In this document: positions 17,708 to 27,001 of the stretch, one piece after another
How the letters are laid out: each line of letters starts with the position of its first letter
Position numbering within the stretch: position 1 is the stretch's first letter
Assembly: GCA_047514575.1 (NCBI GenBank)
Contig: JAKZYH010000040.1
Location: 1-47,674, forward strand
Direction: 5' to 3'
Length of the DNA: 47,674 bases
Source: Acidobacteriota bacterium
GTDB lineage: Bacteria > Acidobacteriota > UBA6911 > RPQK01 > JAJDTT01
Program-made: the position numbers and the translations under genes
Notes under the pieces: model-generated
What the model was told of the DNA's origin: nothing
The model's input: only the letters and a program-made list of their open reading frames with translations
Database searches by the model: none

Positions 17708-18757
17708 ATGAAAACGACAGTATTTGAACCTGACGAAACATCAACCTTCATAGTTGCCGAGGTAGGTCAGGCTCATGAAGGGAGCCTGGGACAGGCTCAT
17801 TCCTTTATCGAAGCAATTGCAGATGCAGGAGCGGACGCCGTCAAGTTCCAAACCCACCTTGCCGCCTCTGAGAGCACTCCATCAGAGCCCTGGAGGGTCA
17901 AATTCAGCCCTCAAGACGCGACGCGTTTCGAATACTGGAAGCGGATGGAGTTCACCGAGGAAGGCTGGTCCGGATTGAAAGAGCACGCCGACCGAAGGAG
18001 ACTCAAGTTCATCAGTTCTCCTTTCTCTGTCGAAGCCGTCGACTTGATGACCCGCGTAGGGGTCGCCGCTTGGAAAGTAGCTTCTGGGGAAGTTAGCAAC
18101 GGTCCAATGTTCGAACGAATGGCGAGCACTGGACACCCCGTCCTCATCTCCACGGGCATGAGTCCCCTGAAAGAGATCGACGCTGCAGTGGAACGGATCA
18201 AGTCGAAAGGCCTGCTTACGACGGTACTACAGTGCACCTCGTCCTACCCCTGTCCGCCCGACCAAGTCGGCCTCAACCTGATTCCCTTTTTCCGCGAGAG
18301 ATACGGGCGCCCCGTGGGACTGTCCGACCATTCTGGAACAATCTACGCAGGCCTGGCAGCCGCCTCCCTGGGGGTCGCCGTGGTGGAAGTTCACGTCACC
18401 CTGAGCCGCGAGATGTTCGGTCCCGATGTGGTCGCCTCGATCACAACTGGAGAGCTGAAGCAGCTGGTTGAAGGCGTACGCTTCATCGAGAAGATGAATG
18501 CCAACCCCGTGGACAAAGACGCCATGGCCAGAGAAATGTCACCGATGCGATCTCTGTTCACCAAGAGCGCCGTTGCCAAGGAGGACCTGTACGCGGGAAC
18601 GATTCTCCAGGAAGATCATCTGGCCTTCAAAAAGCCGGGCACGGGCATCCCTCCCGATCGCCGATCCGAGCTGATTGGGCGCCTCCTGAAACGTGATCTG
18701 AAGAGAGACGAGTTTGTACGGCAAGAGGATCTCGAGAAGGCCTACCAAGATGGTTAG
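17708..18757 (+). CDS. neuB: N-acetylneuraminate-type (nonulosonic acid) synthase, NeuB family
   Basis: Motifs are FIVAEVGQAHEGSL..A..I..A...GADAVKFQTH, ..FISSPFS..AVDL.. and ..LQCTSSYPCPP... A C-terminal SAF-like domain is present. Confidence 0.9.
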   Translation: MKTTVFEPDETSTFIVAEVGQAHEGSLGQAHSFIEAIADAGADAVKFQTHLAASESTPSEPWRVKFSPQDATRFEYWKRMEFTEEGWSGLKEHADRRRLKFISSPFSVEAVDLMTRVGVAAWKVASGEVSNGPMFERMASTGHPVLISTGMSPLKEIDAAVERIKSKGLLTTVLQCTSSYPCPPDQVGLNLIPFFRERYGRPVGLSDHSGTIYAGLAAASLGVAVVEVHVTLSREMFGPDVVASITTGELKQLVEGVRFIEKMNANPVDKDAMAREMSPMRSLFTKSAVAKEDLYAGTILQEDHLAFKKPGTGIPPDRRSELIGRLLKRDLKRDEFVRQEDLEKAYQDG

Positions 18758-19904
18758 AAAGGTCTGCGTGGTTGTGACCGCGCGCCCCAGCTACTCCCGG
18801 ATCAAGTCCGCTTTGAGTGCAATCGAGGCCCATCCCGACCTCCAACTGCAGTTGGTAGTGGCGGCTTCGGCCCTGTTGGATCGTTACGGTGAAACAGCCA
18901 GGTACATCGAGCAGGATGGTTTCGAAGTCGCTGCTCGGGTGTACATGGTCGTAGAGGGTGAAAACCCCGTAACCATGGCCAAAACGGCTGGAATGGGCCT
19001 GATAGAACTGGCTACTGTGTTTGACAATCTCAAGCCTGATGCAGTGGTAACCGTTGCCGATCGCTATGAGACAATTGCCACAGCTGTGGCCGCCTCCTAC
19101 ATGAACGTCCCTCTGATCCACATCCAGGGTGGAGAAGTCACCGGTTCGATTGATGAAAGGGTACGCCACGCCGTCACGAAGCTCTCCGATCTTCACTTTG
19201 TGGCAACAGAAAAGGCGTCGGAGCGGGTCATCCGGATGGGTGAGAATCCTGATACCGTGTTTGTGACCGGATGCCCTTCGATCGATCTAGCCGCTGCCGT
19301 CTTATCGAACCCGCAGCTCGATTTCGATCCATTCGAGAAGTACGGGGGTGTTGGAAAGGTAGTGGATCTTTCCCCGGGTTTCCTGGTCGTGCTCCAGCAC
19401 CCGGTGACCACGGAGTACGGGGCGGCACGTCAGAACGTCACAGAGACGCTTTACAGCGTCCTCGAAGTCGGACTACCAGCACTGTGGTTTTGGCCCAACG
19501 TTGATGCGGGTTCGGATGGGACCTCAAGAGGCATCCGCGCCTTTCGGGAGCGGGAACAGCCCCAGAACATCCACTTCTTCAAAAACATGATGCCAAAGGA
19601 CTTCCTTCGCCTGCTCTATCACAGTTCCTGCATCGTGGGGAACTCCAGCGTCGCCATCAGAGAATGCTCTTTCCTTGGAACGCCAGCAATCAATGTGGGT
19701 AGTCGGCAGACGGGCAGGGAGCGGGCTCACAACGTTCAGGATGTCGACTACGATCGGGACCACATTGGCGGGGCGATTCGTAGCTCAATCAAAAATGGAA
19801 GACTGCAACCTGACTTGCTTTATGGTGACGGAAACGCCGGAGAGAAAATCTCTAACCTACTGGCAACGGTCCCGTTAGGGATTAAGAAGCGACTGCACTA
19901 TTGA
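18750..19904 (+). CDS. neuC: UDP-N-acetylglucosamine 2-epimerase, hydrolysing type (NeuC-like)
   Basis: The ORF-track entry starts at 18714. The ATG at 18750 (MVRKVCVVVTARPSY) overlaps the neuB stop by 8 nt (ATGGTTAG). Motifs are ..VADRYE..A.A.AA....P..HIQGGE.TGSIDE..RHA.TKLS.LHF... Confidence 0.85.
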   Translation: MVRKVCVVVTARPSYSRIKSALSAIEAHPDLQLQLVVAASALLDRYGETARYIEQDGFEVAARVYMVVEGENPVTMAKTAGMGLIELATVFDNLKPDAVVTVADRYETIATAVAASYMNVPLIHIQGGEVTGSIDERVRHAVTKLSDLHFVATEKASERVIRMGENPDTVFVTGCPSIDLAAAVLSNPQLDFDPFEKYGGVGKVVDLSPGFLVVLQHPVTTEYGAARQNVTETLYSVLEVGLPALWFWPNVDAGSDGTSRGIRAFREREQPQNIHFFKNMMPKDFLRLLYHSSCIVGNSSVAIRECSFLGTPAINVGSRQTGRERAHNVQDVDYDRDHIGGAIRSSIKNGRLQPDLLYGDGNAGEKISNLLATVPLGIKKRLHY

Positions 19905-20010
19905 ATCGAATCGAGTGCTGCGGCGACTAGAGTGTCCTCTGGTCGTCCTCGCCTTCCTCCTCCCGCCTCGCAAGCCCCATCTGCAGACGTCGCCGTATTT
20001 GTGAACCACT

Positions 20011-20727
20011 CTACCTAGGGCGATCAGTGACAAATCTTGGGAAGAACGCGTAAACGTACCAACGGAGATACGCCGGCAGCCATTTGAGGACTCGAAAACG
20101 ACTTCTTCCGTGGGCCCGCTCGAACCAAAGTGCGGGTACCTCTCCTATTTTCCAGCCCGAACGGTGGCACTTGATAAGGAGTTCGATGCTGTAAGTGAAG
20201 CCCTCCGACGACTCAATTTCAATGTTATCGAGTACACGCCGAGAGAAAAGCCGGAAGCCGTTGCTGGAGTCGTGAGTGGGGAGCCCAGCAAAATGGTAGA
20301 GGGTAAACGCCGCCGTCCGGACAAACAACGCTTTCAACCAAGGACAGCCTTCCATCCGACCGCCTTCCATGAATCGGCTGGCGGCAACAATCTCGCACCC
20401 CTCTTTGAACTTCTCGAACATACGATCGATGATTCCAGCATTGAATGTGTCATCGCCAGGAAAAACCACTACGGCTTTCGCTTGGCTAGCCTCGAAACCG
20501 CTCACGACTGCGCTGTGGACTCCGCGCCCTCGGTTCTTCACCCGCACAATCTCGAAATCGCGCTGCGAATAGGTGCTTAAAGCTTCGAGAGTATTGTCTT
20601 CCTCACGATCGTAGCAAATCAACACTCGGAAGGGCGTCTCGACCCACCTCCGAAGGGACTCCATCACGTCGATGATACCTTCGCCTTCGTTGTAGACAGG
20701 AATGACGATATCAATTTGAACACCCAT
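20011..20727 (-). CDS. glycosyltransferase family 2, DPM1/polyprenol-phosphate glycosyltransferase-like (soluble, no C-terminal TM)
   Basis: Motifs are IVIPVYNEGEGI, VLICYD..DNT, VVVFPGDD (a DxD-type motif) and ..VAASRF... It is 238 aa. Confidence 0.85.
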   Translation of the reverse strand: MGVQIDIVIPVYNEGEGIIDVMESLRRWVETPFRVLICYDREEDNTLEALSTYSQRDFEIVRVKNRGRGVHSAVVSGFEASQAKAVVVFPGDDTFNAGIIDRMFEKFKEGCEIVAASRFMEGGRMEGCPWLKALFVRTAAFTLYHFAGLPTHDSSNGFRLFSRRVLDNIEIESSEGFTYSIELLIKCHRSGWKIGEVPALWFERAHGRSRFRVLKWLPAYLRWYVYAFFPRFVTDRPR

Positions 20728-20749
20728 AGTATGGGACGAGTGGCGCGTT

Positions 20750-22018
20750 TCAGGGAATGATCCGGGGTTCAGGTAGCGGTACTATGCAGCCACCCTTAAA
20801 GCCTTTTTCTCTCAGCTTGGGAACAATTTCGTCCGCAATATGCCAGGAGAGCATAAGGGCGAAATCTGGCGGGTCATCAAAGAGACGGGTTTCCTCCAGA
20901 ACAGGGATCAAGGTCCCAGGGATGTACTTTCCGATCTTATATGATCCACTTATCTCAAGGACGCTGTCCAAGATGGCATTGTCCAACCCGACGAAATTGA
21001 TCAGCGTACTTGCTCTAGAGGGGGCACCAATACCGTAGATGCGCTGGCCCTTTCTCTTGATGTCGAGAAGCAACTTATTCAGCTCCAACTTGTTAACAGT
21101 GGTCCTACGGCTGAAGTCCGCAAGCCTTTCCCGGTATTGCTGGACCGGAGTCTCCAGGTCTCGGATGGCATGAACGGAATCGCCTACCGGAAACTTCCCC
21201 TTACGGGCCGCGTAAACACGAATCGATCCACCATGAGTCGGAATGCGTCTGGCCTCGATTACTTCAAGCCCGTGGAGGTTCAGCAGGTACTCCAAGCTGC
21301 GTAGTGAATAGTAGCGCAGGTGCTCATGATAAACGGTATCGTATTGTAACGTCTCGATCAGTCCCTCTACGTAATGTGACTCGGAAATAAAGATGCCGCC
21401 TTCAGCCAACATGACTAGGATACTGTCCAGTATTTCATGGATACTCTGGATGTGCGCGAAGACGTTTGTTGCGGTGACAAGTGTCGCCGGGCCCTGCTCT
21501 CGTCGCACCTTCTGTGCGATTTCAGTCCCGAAAAAGGTGATAGTAGTGGGGATACCCTGCTCGATTGCCAGATTCCCGACTTGCGACGGCTCGATGCCCT
21601 GTACTCGATGGCCCCCCTTCTTGAAATTGCTCAGGAGCGTGCCGTCATTGGAGCCCACATCCACAACTAAATCGCGCGCGTTGAGGGGCACCAGAGTCTG
21701 AGTCTCCTCGTAGAGCTGGGCGAAGTTCTCCCTCAGAATCCTTGTTGTTCCACTGGTGTAGGGGTATTCAGGGGGAAACAAGCGACTCGGATCCACGATC
21801 AGGCCCAGCTGAACCAGATGGCAGTGAGGACAATAAAGCAGCTCGGCCGGATACGCGGGCTGTTCCTTTGGCCGCTCGCCGATCGGCCTCATGTCATTGA
21901 CCGGGGGGAGGTAGCCCAAGAACAGAACCGATTCCAGGTCGAAAGCTGAACAGACCTGACACCGGTCTACAACCACACTCGACACACCAGCGCCAGCCTG
22001 TCCCATCAACTCTGTCAC
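20750..22018 (-). CDS. SAM-dependent C-methyltransferase (NDP-hexose C-methyltransferase-like, Zn-ribbon N-domain)
   Basis: An N-terminal Cys pair CQVC...YCPHCHLVQL, a SAM motif VVDVGSNDGTLL and a C-terminal C-methyltransferase-type domain are present. I prefer the GTG at 22018, which is 5 nt after the GGAGG inside TAAGGAGG of the upstream stop. The ORF track extends to 22228, inside the upstream gene. Confidence 0.85.
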   Translation of the reverse strand: MTELMGQAGAGVSSVVVDRCQVCSAFDLESVLFLGYLPPVNDMRPIGERPKEQPAYPAELLYCPHCHLVQLGLIVDPSRLFPPEYPYTSGTTRILRENFAQLYEETQTLVPLNARDLVVDVGSNDGTLLSNFKKGGHRVQGIEPSQVGNLAIEQGIPTTITFFGTEIAQKVRREQGPATLVTATNVFAHIQSIHEILDSILVMLAEGGIFISESHYVEGLIETLQYDTVYHEHLRYYSLRSLEYLLNLHGLEVIEARRIPTHGGSIRVYAARKGKFPVGDSVHAIRDLETPVQQYRERLADFSRRTTVNKLELNKLLLDIKRKGQRIYGIGAPSRASTLINFVGLDNAILDSVLEISGSYKIGKYIPGTLIPVLEETRLFDDPPDFALMLSWHIADEIVPKLREKGFKGGCIVPLPEPRIIP

Positions 22019-22028
22019 GCTTTCCTCC

Positions 22029-23021
22029 TTAGGTGACCTTTTTGGTATCTGAGTACCGGTCAGCATGCTCAATATACCATCTGGCTGTTGGCGGCAACCC
22101 GTCTCTAAACGGATATCGGGGTTCATACCCAAATTCCTGAAGCTTGGAAATGTTGGGACATCGTCTCGGCGTGCCGCCTTTTTGGAGGGCTCCCGGAAGG
22201 ATTTCGATGCACCTGCCAAAGTACGCACCGATTTCCCGCGCTACGGTCTCGATCGGGAGTTCTTCTGTGGTTCCGATATTATAGATTCCTAGGTGTGCCC
22301 CATGCTTCATGACTAGGGCCAAGCCATCGATGAAATCGTCGATGTAGACAAACGCCCGCGTTTCCCTACCCGTTCCCTGGATTGGGAATCGAATGACATC
22401 GGGGCCAGTCTTGGATAGCTCATGCATGCGCAGCACGAGTTGGGGAACAACGTGCTCGCCGCCCATATCTGGTCCATAGACATTGTGCGGGCGAAAAATA
22501 ACAACCCGGTCAAAATGCTTGCGACCGTAGTTGATGGCAAGCATCTCGCTGATGATCTTTCCAGCGGCGTAGGAATACCGCGCATTGAAAGGGTCGGGAA
22601 TGGTAAGCGGCACCTCCTCTCTGGTGGGAATCTCTGGAGGCTTGTGATAGACCTCGGAGCTAGAGGCGAGAAAGAGCTCCCCGATCTGTTGTTTCAAGCA
22701 GGCGTCGACAACATTCAGCATCCCCTTCACGCCTACGTCCAAGACCAGGTCCGGCTTCGTGTAGAAGTTCTCGGTGCCATTGATAAAGGCGAGGTGGAAA
22801 ACCCCGTCCATACCAGTCGTCGCTGCAGCCACCGCGTCAGCGTCCCGGATGTCACCCATCAAGAGTTCAAACGCCCCTTTGAGATCGCCCAGACGATCCT
22901 CACCAGCTCGTGATCCATTGTCGAATACCCGAACCCGATATCCGTTCTGTACCAGACGTCGAACAAGTGCGGAGCCGAGGAATCCCATACCACCGGTCAC
23001 CAGATAGGCTCTCTCACCCAT
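22029..23021 (-). CDS. NAD-dependent epimerase/dehydratase (extended SDR)
   Basis: Motifs are [24 protein letters not shown] and the catalytic YAAGK (YxxxK). The ATG at 23021 overlaps the upstream stop (ATGGGTGA). Confidence 0.85.
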   Translation of the reverse strand: MGERAYLVTGGMGFLGSALVRRLVQNGYRVRVFDNGSRAGEDRLGDLKGAFELLMGDIRDADAVAAATTGMDGVFHLAFINGTENFYTKPDLVLDVGVKGMLNVVDACLKQQIGELFLASSSEVYHKPPEIPTREEVPLTIPDPFNARYSYAAGKIISEMLAINYGRKHFDRVVIFRPHNVYGPDMGGEHVVPQLVLRMHELSKTGPDVIRFPIQGTGRETRAFVYIDDFIDGLALVMKHGAHLGIYNIGTTEELPIETVAREIGAYFGRCIEILPGALQKGGTPRRCPNISKLQEFGYEPRYPFRDGLPPTARWYIEHADRYSDTKKVT

Positions 23022-24093
23022 TCGGCACCCCTCCCGAGCCAGGTTGGGGAGAACACTCGACCCAAGATCCCTGTTCATGGGACCGCCGCGCAGCTGCAAG
23101 CAGGTGCTGAACTCGCATTCCATTCCTGAAGCAAGGGACGCTCCGCTCTCCCGTGCTAATCCATTTCAGAAAGCGTTCGGCAATACAGGCCACCGCTCCG
23201 ATCCGTCCATCTTGACCAGCCACCGCGTCTGTTTGGCCAAGGGAAAGGAGGCGCTGGGTTTCCCTAGTACCCTGCAGAAGCTCGAACCCCGTAACGTAAT
23301 CCGATGTCTTGTTTCTCAGCACCAGCGTACCCAAATCGCCATAGAACTCAATCCGATGTCCGTTCCCAAGAAACGCGTGTGTGCAGACCGACAACGTGAC
23401 TGGCACACCCGAGGCCAGTTCCAGAGACAACATGTTGAGCGTATCACCGGGTCGGTCGTCGGCAGGAGAGCGACACAAGTTCGCCCACAATCTCTGGATG
23501 GGACCGACAAACCACTCCAGATAATAAAAAATATGAGAGACTGAAGAGAACAGTGTTCCGCCCCCTGATCGCGGGTCTGTCTTCCACGAAGTCAGCCCCA
23601 TCCTGTTTGCGTATGTTTCGACCTGCCAGCAGATGTTCAGGTGATGCAACAAGCCTATCCCGCCACCCTCGAGCAGGGATTTTGCCTGCTGCCAAACAGC
23701 GATCTCCGGAAACTCAAAATCCACCATATTGGCTACGCCAGCCGCCTCGGCTGCCTGCACCATCTTGCAGGCAGCCTCTCGGGTAAGGGCAAGTGGCTTC
23801 TCGCAAAAGACAGCCTTACCCAGTGCAAGCGCCGCTAACGCAACCTTGGGTTGGAGTTCGGGAGGGATGGCCACGGCAACGGCATCAATGTCCTGATCCT
23901 CCAACATCTTGCGCCAATCTCCGTAAGGACGTGGGATTCCCAAGCCGCTGGCGACCCGGCGTGCTCGGTCCAGTGTGCTCGCGCAGATGCCGAGCACCTC
24001 ACATTGGTCATTCGCCCGGAAGACAGGTACGAGTACTTGCTGCCCGAATCCGATCCCTACCACGCCCAGGCGGATAGGCTTCTCCTGCTTCAC
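23014..24093 (-). CDS. Gfo/Idh/MocA-family sugar oxidoreductase (WbpB-like candidate)
   Basis: The Rossmann start [11 protein letters not shown] and CEKPLA motifs are present. It is 359 aa. Confidence 0.85.
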   Translation of the reverse strand: MKQEKPIRLGVVGIGFGQQVLVPVFRANDQCEVLGICASTLDRARRVASGLGIPRPYGDWRKMLEDQDIDAVAVAIPPELQPKVALAALALGKAVFCEKPLALTREAACKMVQAAEAAGVANMVDFEFPEIAVWQQAKSLLEGGGIGLLHHLNICWQVETYANRMGLTSWKTDPRSGGGTLFSSVSHIFYYLEWFVGPIQRLWANLCRSPADDRPGDTLNMLSLELASGVPVTLSVCTHAFLGNGHRIEFYGDLGTLVLRNKTSDYVTGFELLQGTRETQRLLSLGQTDAVAGQDGRIGAVACIAERFLKWISTGERSVPCFRNGMRVQHLLAAARRSHEQGSWVECSPQPGSGGVPNG

Positions 24094-24142
24094 GAGTACA
24101 AATGGGAACGAAGCAAAGACGGCATGATGGGTTGCGAAGGCG

Positions 24143-25357
24143 TCAAATCAAGGTGCTTTTCCCGAGAAAATTCCAGACATCGAAGACCGGTGTCTCTTGA
24201 TAGTCGAGGTCGCGATAGGTGGAATGGGGAGCACACAGAATCAGTAGTGCACTTCTCTCCACTACTTCTTGTACCGGCAGCAAGTCGGGATCGACTGTAA
24301 CGAAAGGATCAGTTGTCAGTACTTCCTTGGCCCGAAAATCTAGCAGCTTCTTCAACTTATAGGCCAGTGACGAGCGGATGTCGTCACTGTCGGCCTTGAA
24401 AGCCATACCAAGCAACCCGACGGTCAGCTGACTGAGATCGTATGACTTGCTGATTGCCTTGACGACATGAAGTACGAGGCCCTCGTTTACGAGCATTGCT
24501 TCGTGACCTAAAGAAAAGTTGTGATTGACAAAAGCCGCCAATTGCATCGTGTCTTTGAACAAGCAAGGACCGGCAGTGAAGCCCGCGTTGGGCAGGTCCC
24601 GTGCCCGCGGGTAGTTTCGTTGCATCCCCTCCAGGACACGATAGTAATCCACACCCGCCGAACTTGTCATCATGTAGAACTGGTTGGCAATAGCAAACTG
24701 GATATACCTGTACGCATTGTTCAGGAGTTTCGCAAACTCCGCCTCTATCGGAGAGAGAGAGACGATTTCAGATGTGATCGATCGGAAAAGCTTTGTTGCA
24801 TTTTGCTCGGCCTCCGGCGTGGAGCCGCTCACAATCTGCGGTAGTTTCTGAATCTCTTCAATTGCATGGCCCTGTGCAACCCGCTCCGGACAAAATGCCA
24901 CTTTAACTTCGCAGTCTCTGCTCGCGAGGTAGTTGTAGAGCCAGTCTGTAGTACCCGGATAGACTGTCGAGCGGATAACGAGCAGCTGTCCTCTGGTCAA
25001 GTAAGGCAGGAACCCGTCCACGCATTCCTTCACGACCTTGAAGACCGGGTTTAGGAATTCGTCGATCGGAGTTCCAATGGTTAGAATGATAGTGGAGGCC
25101 TCGCCCACAACCGCTGGATCGGAAGACAGTGTCAGGTGCTTGGACTCAAGAGCTCTTACTAACAACTCTTGGGCCCCTCTTTCCCTATGAGGAACCCTGC
25201 CTGTTCGGACTGTTTCGAGAGCCTCCTCGTTGATATCGTAGGCCACGACCCTCAGACCCCGGTTTGCAAAGACGAGCGCGAGCGGCAGCCCAACATGCCC
25301 AGCACCACCAACCACACAGACATCCGCCGATAGCTCGGTACTCTGTGCGGTAGTCAT
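24143..25357 (-). CDS. nucleotide-sugar dehydrogenase (UDP-glucose/GDP-mannose dehydrogenase family)
   Basis: The motif [15 protein letters not shown] and a catalytic-Cys segment [12 protein letters not shown] are present. I prefer the ATG at 25357 (MTTAQS..), which overlaps the upstream stop as ATGA. Confidence 0.9.
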   Translation of the reverse strand: MTTAQSTELSADVCVVGGAGHVGLPLALVFANRGLRVVAYDINEEALETVRTGRVPHRERGAQELLVRALESKHLTLSSDPAVVGEASTIILTIGTPIDEFLNPVFKVVKECVDGFLPYLTRGQLLVIRSTVYPGTTDWLYNYLASRDCEVKVAFCPERVAQGHAIEEIQKLPQIVSGSTPEAEQNATKLFRSITSEIVSLSPIEAEFAKLLNNAYRYIQFAIANQFYMMTSSAGVDYYRVLEGMQRNYPRARDLPNAGFTAGPCLFKDTMQLAAFVNHNFSLGHEAMLVNEGLVLHVVKAISKSYDLSQLTVGLLGMAFKADSDDIRSSLAYKLKKLLDFRAKEVLTTDPFVTVDPDLLPVQEVVERSALLILCAPHSTYRDLDYQETPVFDVWNFLGKSTLI

Positions 25358-26142
25358 GAACGATTCATTCCTTCCTTCCTTCCACACGTCAAAACGAACG
25401 CACTAAAACGTGTAAGCGGGCCCATCCGAAAGAGCCTCTCGTCCAAGAAGTTATAGATCGGCAAAAGCTTGCTTACCAGGGGAGAGGCCACATAGCGATA
25501 ATTTATCCCGGATAAGAAATCGTTATTAATCGCGAACCCTACCTGCCCGAAAACCTCTCGGACTTCTTCAGCCACAACTGGCCGCTCGTTATCCGTGACA
25601 CCTTTGCTGCTGTAGAAGGGTGAGCTCCTGTCACGGTACAGCCACATAAAGGGGTTCCGCCGATTCGGATCGAACGCAACAAAAACACCGTTGGGCTTGA
25701 GTACCCTGAACACCTCGCGTGCACACTGGAGTGGGCTAGGAAAATGATGGATCACACCACTCAGGAGAATGGCGTCAAGACTTTCTGTCCGAAGTGGTAG
25801 CAGTTCAATATCTCCTGCCACAAAGCTCAGATCGGTTTTCTTTCGCCTTGCTGCCGCCACGAGAGGCGCGCTGATATCCAGTCCGTAGCAGCGGAACCCA
25901 AGTTCATTCAGGAGAAAGGTGAAAACGCCGGAGCCGCATCCCAGGTCCATGATCCGGGCTCTCTCCTCCAAACCACTCAGTTCCAGGCAACGTCGCAGCA
26001 ACTTCAGGTTGCTTTCCTCTGTGAAAACATTGTACTCGGCCGTTTCCGACAGCTTGTCAAAGAAGGCAGTTTCTTTGCCCTTATCCTGCGGCGAGTTGTT
26101 GCTCTTCAAGAAGGTTAACCCAGGTAAGAGAATAGGATCCAA
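25354..26142 (-). CDS. class I SAM-dependent methyltransferase
   Basis: The SAM motif IMDLGCGSGVF and a downstream LKPNGVFV motif are present. The TTG start at 26142 is uncertain. Confidence 0.8.
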   Translation of the reverse strand: MDPILLPGLTFLKSNNSPQDKGKETAFFDKLSETAEYNVFTEESNLKLLRRCLELSGLEERARIMDLGCGSGVFTFLLNELGFRCYGLDISAPLVAAARRKKTDLSFVAGDIELLPLRTESLDAILLSGVIHHFPSPLQCAREVFRVLKPNGVFVAFDPNRRNPFMWLYRDRSSPFYSSKGVTDNERPVVAEEVREVFGQVGFAINNDFLSGINYRYVASPLVSKLLPIYNFLDERLFRMGPLTRFSAFVLTCGRKEGMNRS

Positions 26143-26172
26143 GACGATGCTGTCACGTGATTGATGCTGGCC

Positions 26173-26715
26173 CTAGAATGTGAGACTGGGAATCGCCTTG
26201 GCCTTTAGCAGCCCTAGGAAGATGACAGCCATATTGAGGGCATGTTCCAACCGTGACTCCAGGATGTGGCCGACCAAGTCTTCTTGAGTGCAAACAACGA
26301 GTTCTATGCCTTTTTCAAGGGTGGGAGAAGCTTCCTTTTGCGTAGCACCGGAAGCCATAAAGCACCAGAGCTGGTTAGACAGGCGGCCCGTGTCTGGTAT
26401 CAGGCTTCCCAGGTTTTCCAGCTTCCCTGCTTCGAACCCCGTTTCCTCCAGAAGCTCTCGTCTCGCGGCGTCCTCGGGAGATTCACCGTTTTCTACATGG
26501 CCACTGGGCAATTCAAGCGTATATCGTTCAACGGCAGGGCGATACTGGCGAACCAGTAACACCTTACCATCCTTTGTCACGGCGAGTACGGACACGTAAT
26601 CGAGACAACGCAGCGAGTAGTATGGCGCCGACGAGTCACACGGCTCAACTGTCTTGGCAACGACATCGAACCAGCTGGTCGAAAAAACTGACCTTCGTGC
26701 AGTGATATCGGGCAT
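26173..26715 (-). CDS. NUDIX hydrolase
   Basis: The Nudix box GHVENGESPEDAARRELLEETG (G-x5-E-x7-R-E-x2-E-E-x-G) is present. Confidence 0.85.
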   Translation of the reverse strand: MPDITARRSVFSTSWFDVVAKTVEPCDSSAPYYSLRCLDYVSVLAVTKDGKVLLVRQYRPAVERYTLELPSGHVENGESPEDAARRELLEETGFEAGKLENLGSLIPDTGRLSNQLWCFMASGATQKEASPTLEKGIELVVCTQEDLVGHILESRLEHALNMAVIFLGLLKAKAIPSLTF

Positions 26716-27001
26716 CGATTCTCCAGAAAAATTTAGCAGCCCCCAGAACGACTACGGTTGGCTCGCGACACTCTGGGAATGGCTGTGCATCCCACGAAGA
26801 CAATTCGACGCCGGCCAATCAGAACAGACAAACGTCCTAGTGCTAGATTGCGTGCGCGGCTTATAATCATTGCCCCCAGCCCTGACGTATTCTAGCCTGA
26901 CAGCCCAACCCAATTCTATCGGTCGACTGGGAGCGGGCAAAAGCTCGTGTCAAGGACTAAATCGCAGCCCTCCAAACGGCATACGTTCTGGGGCCAACCT
27001 T

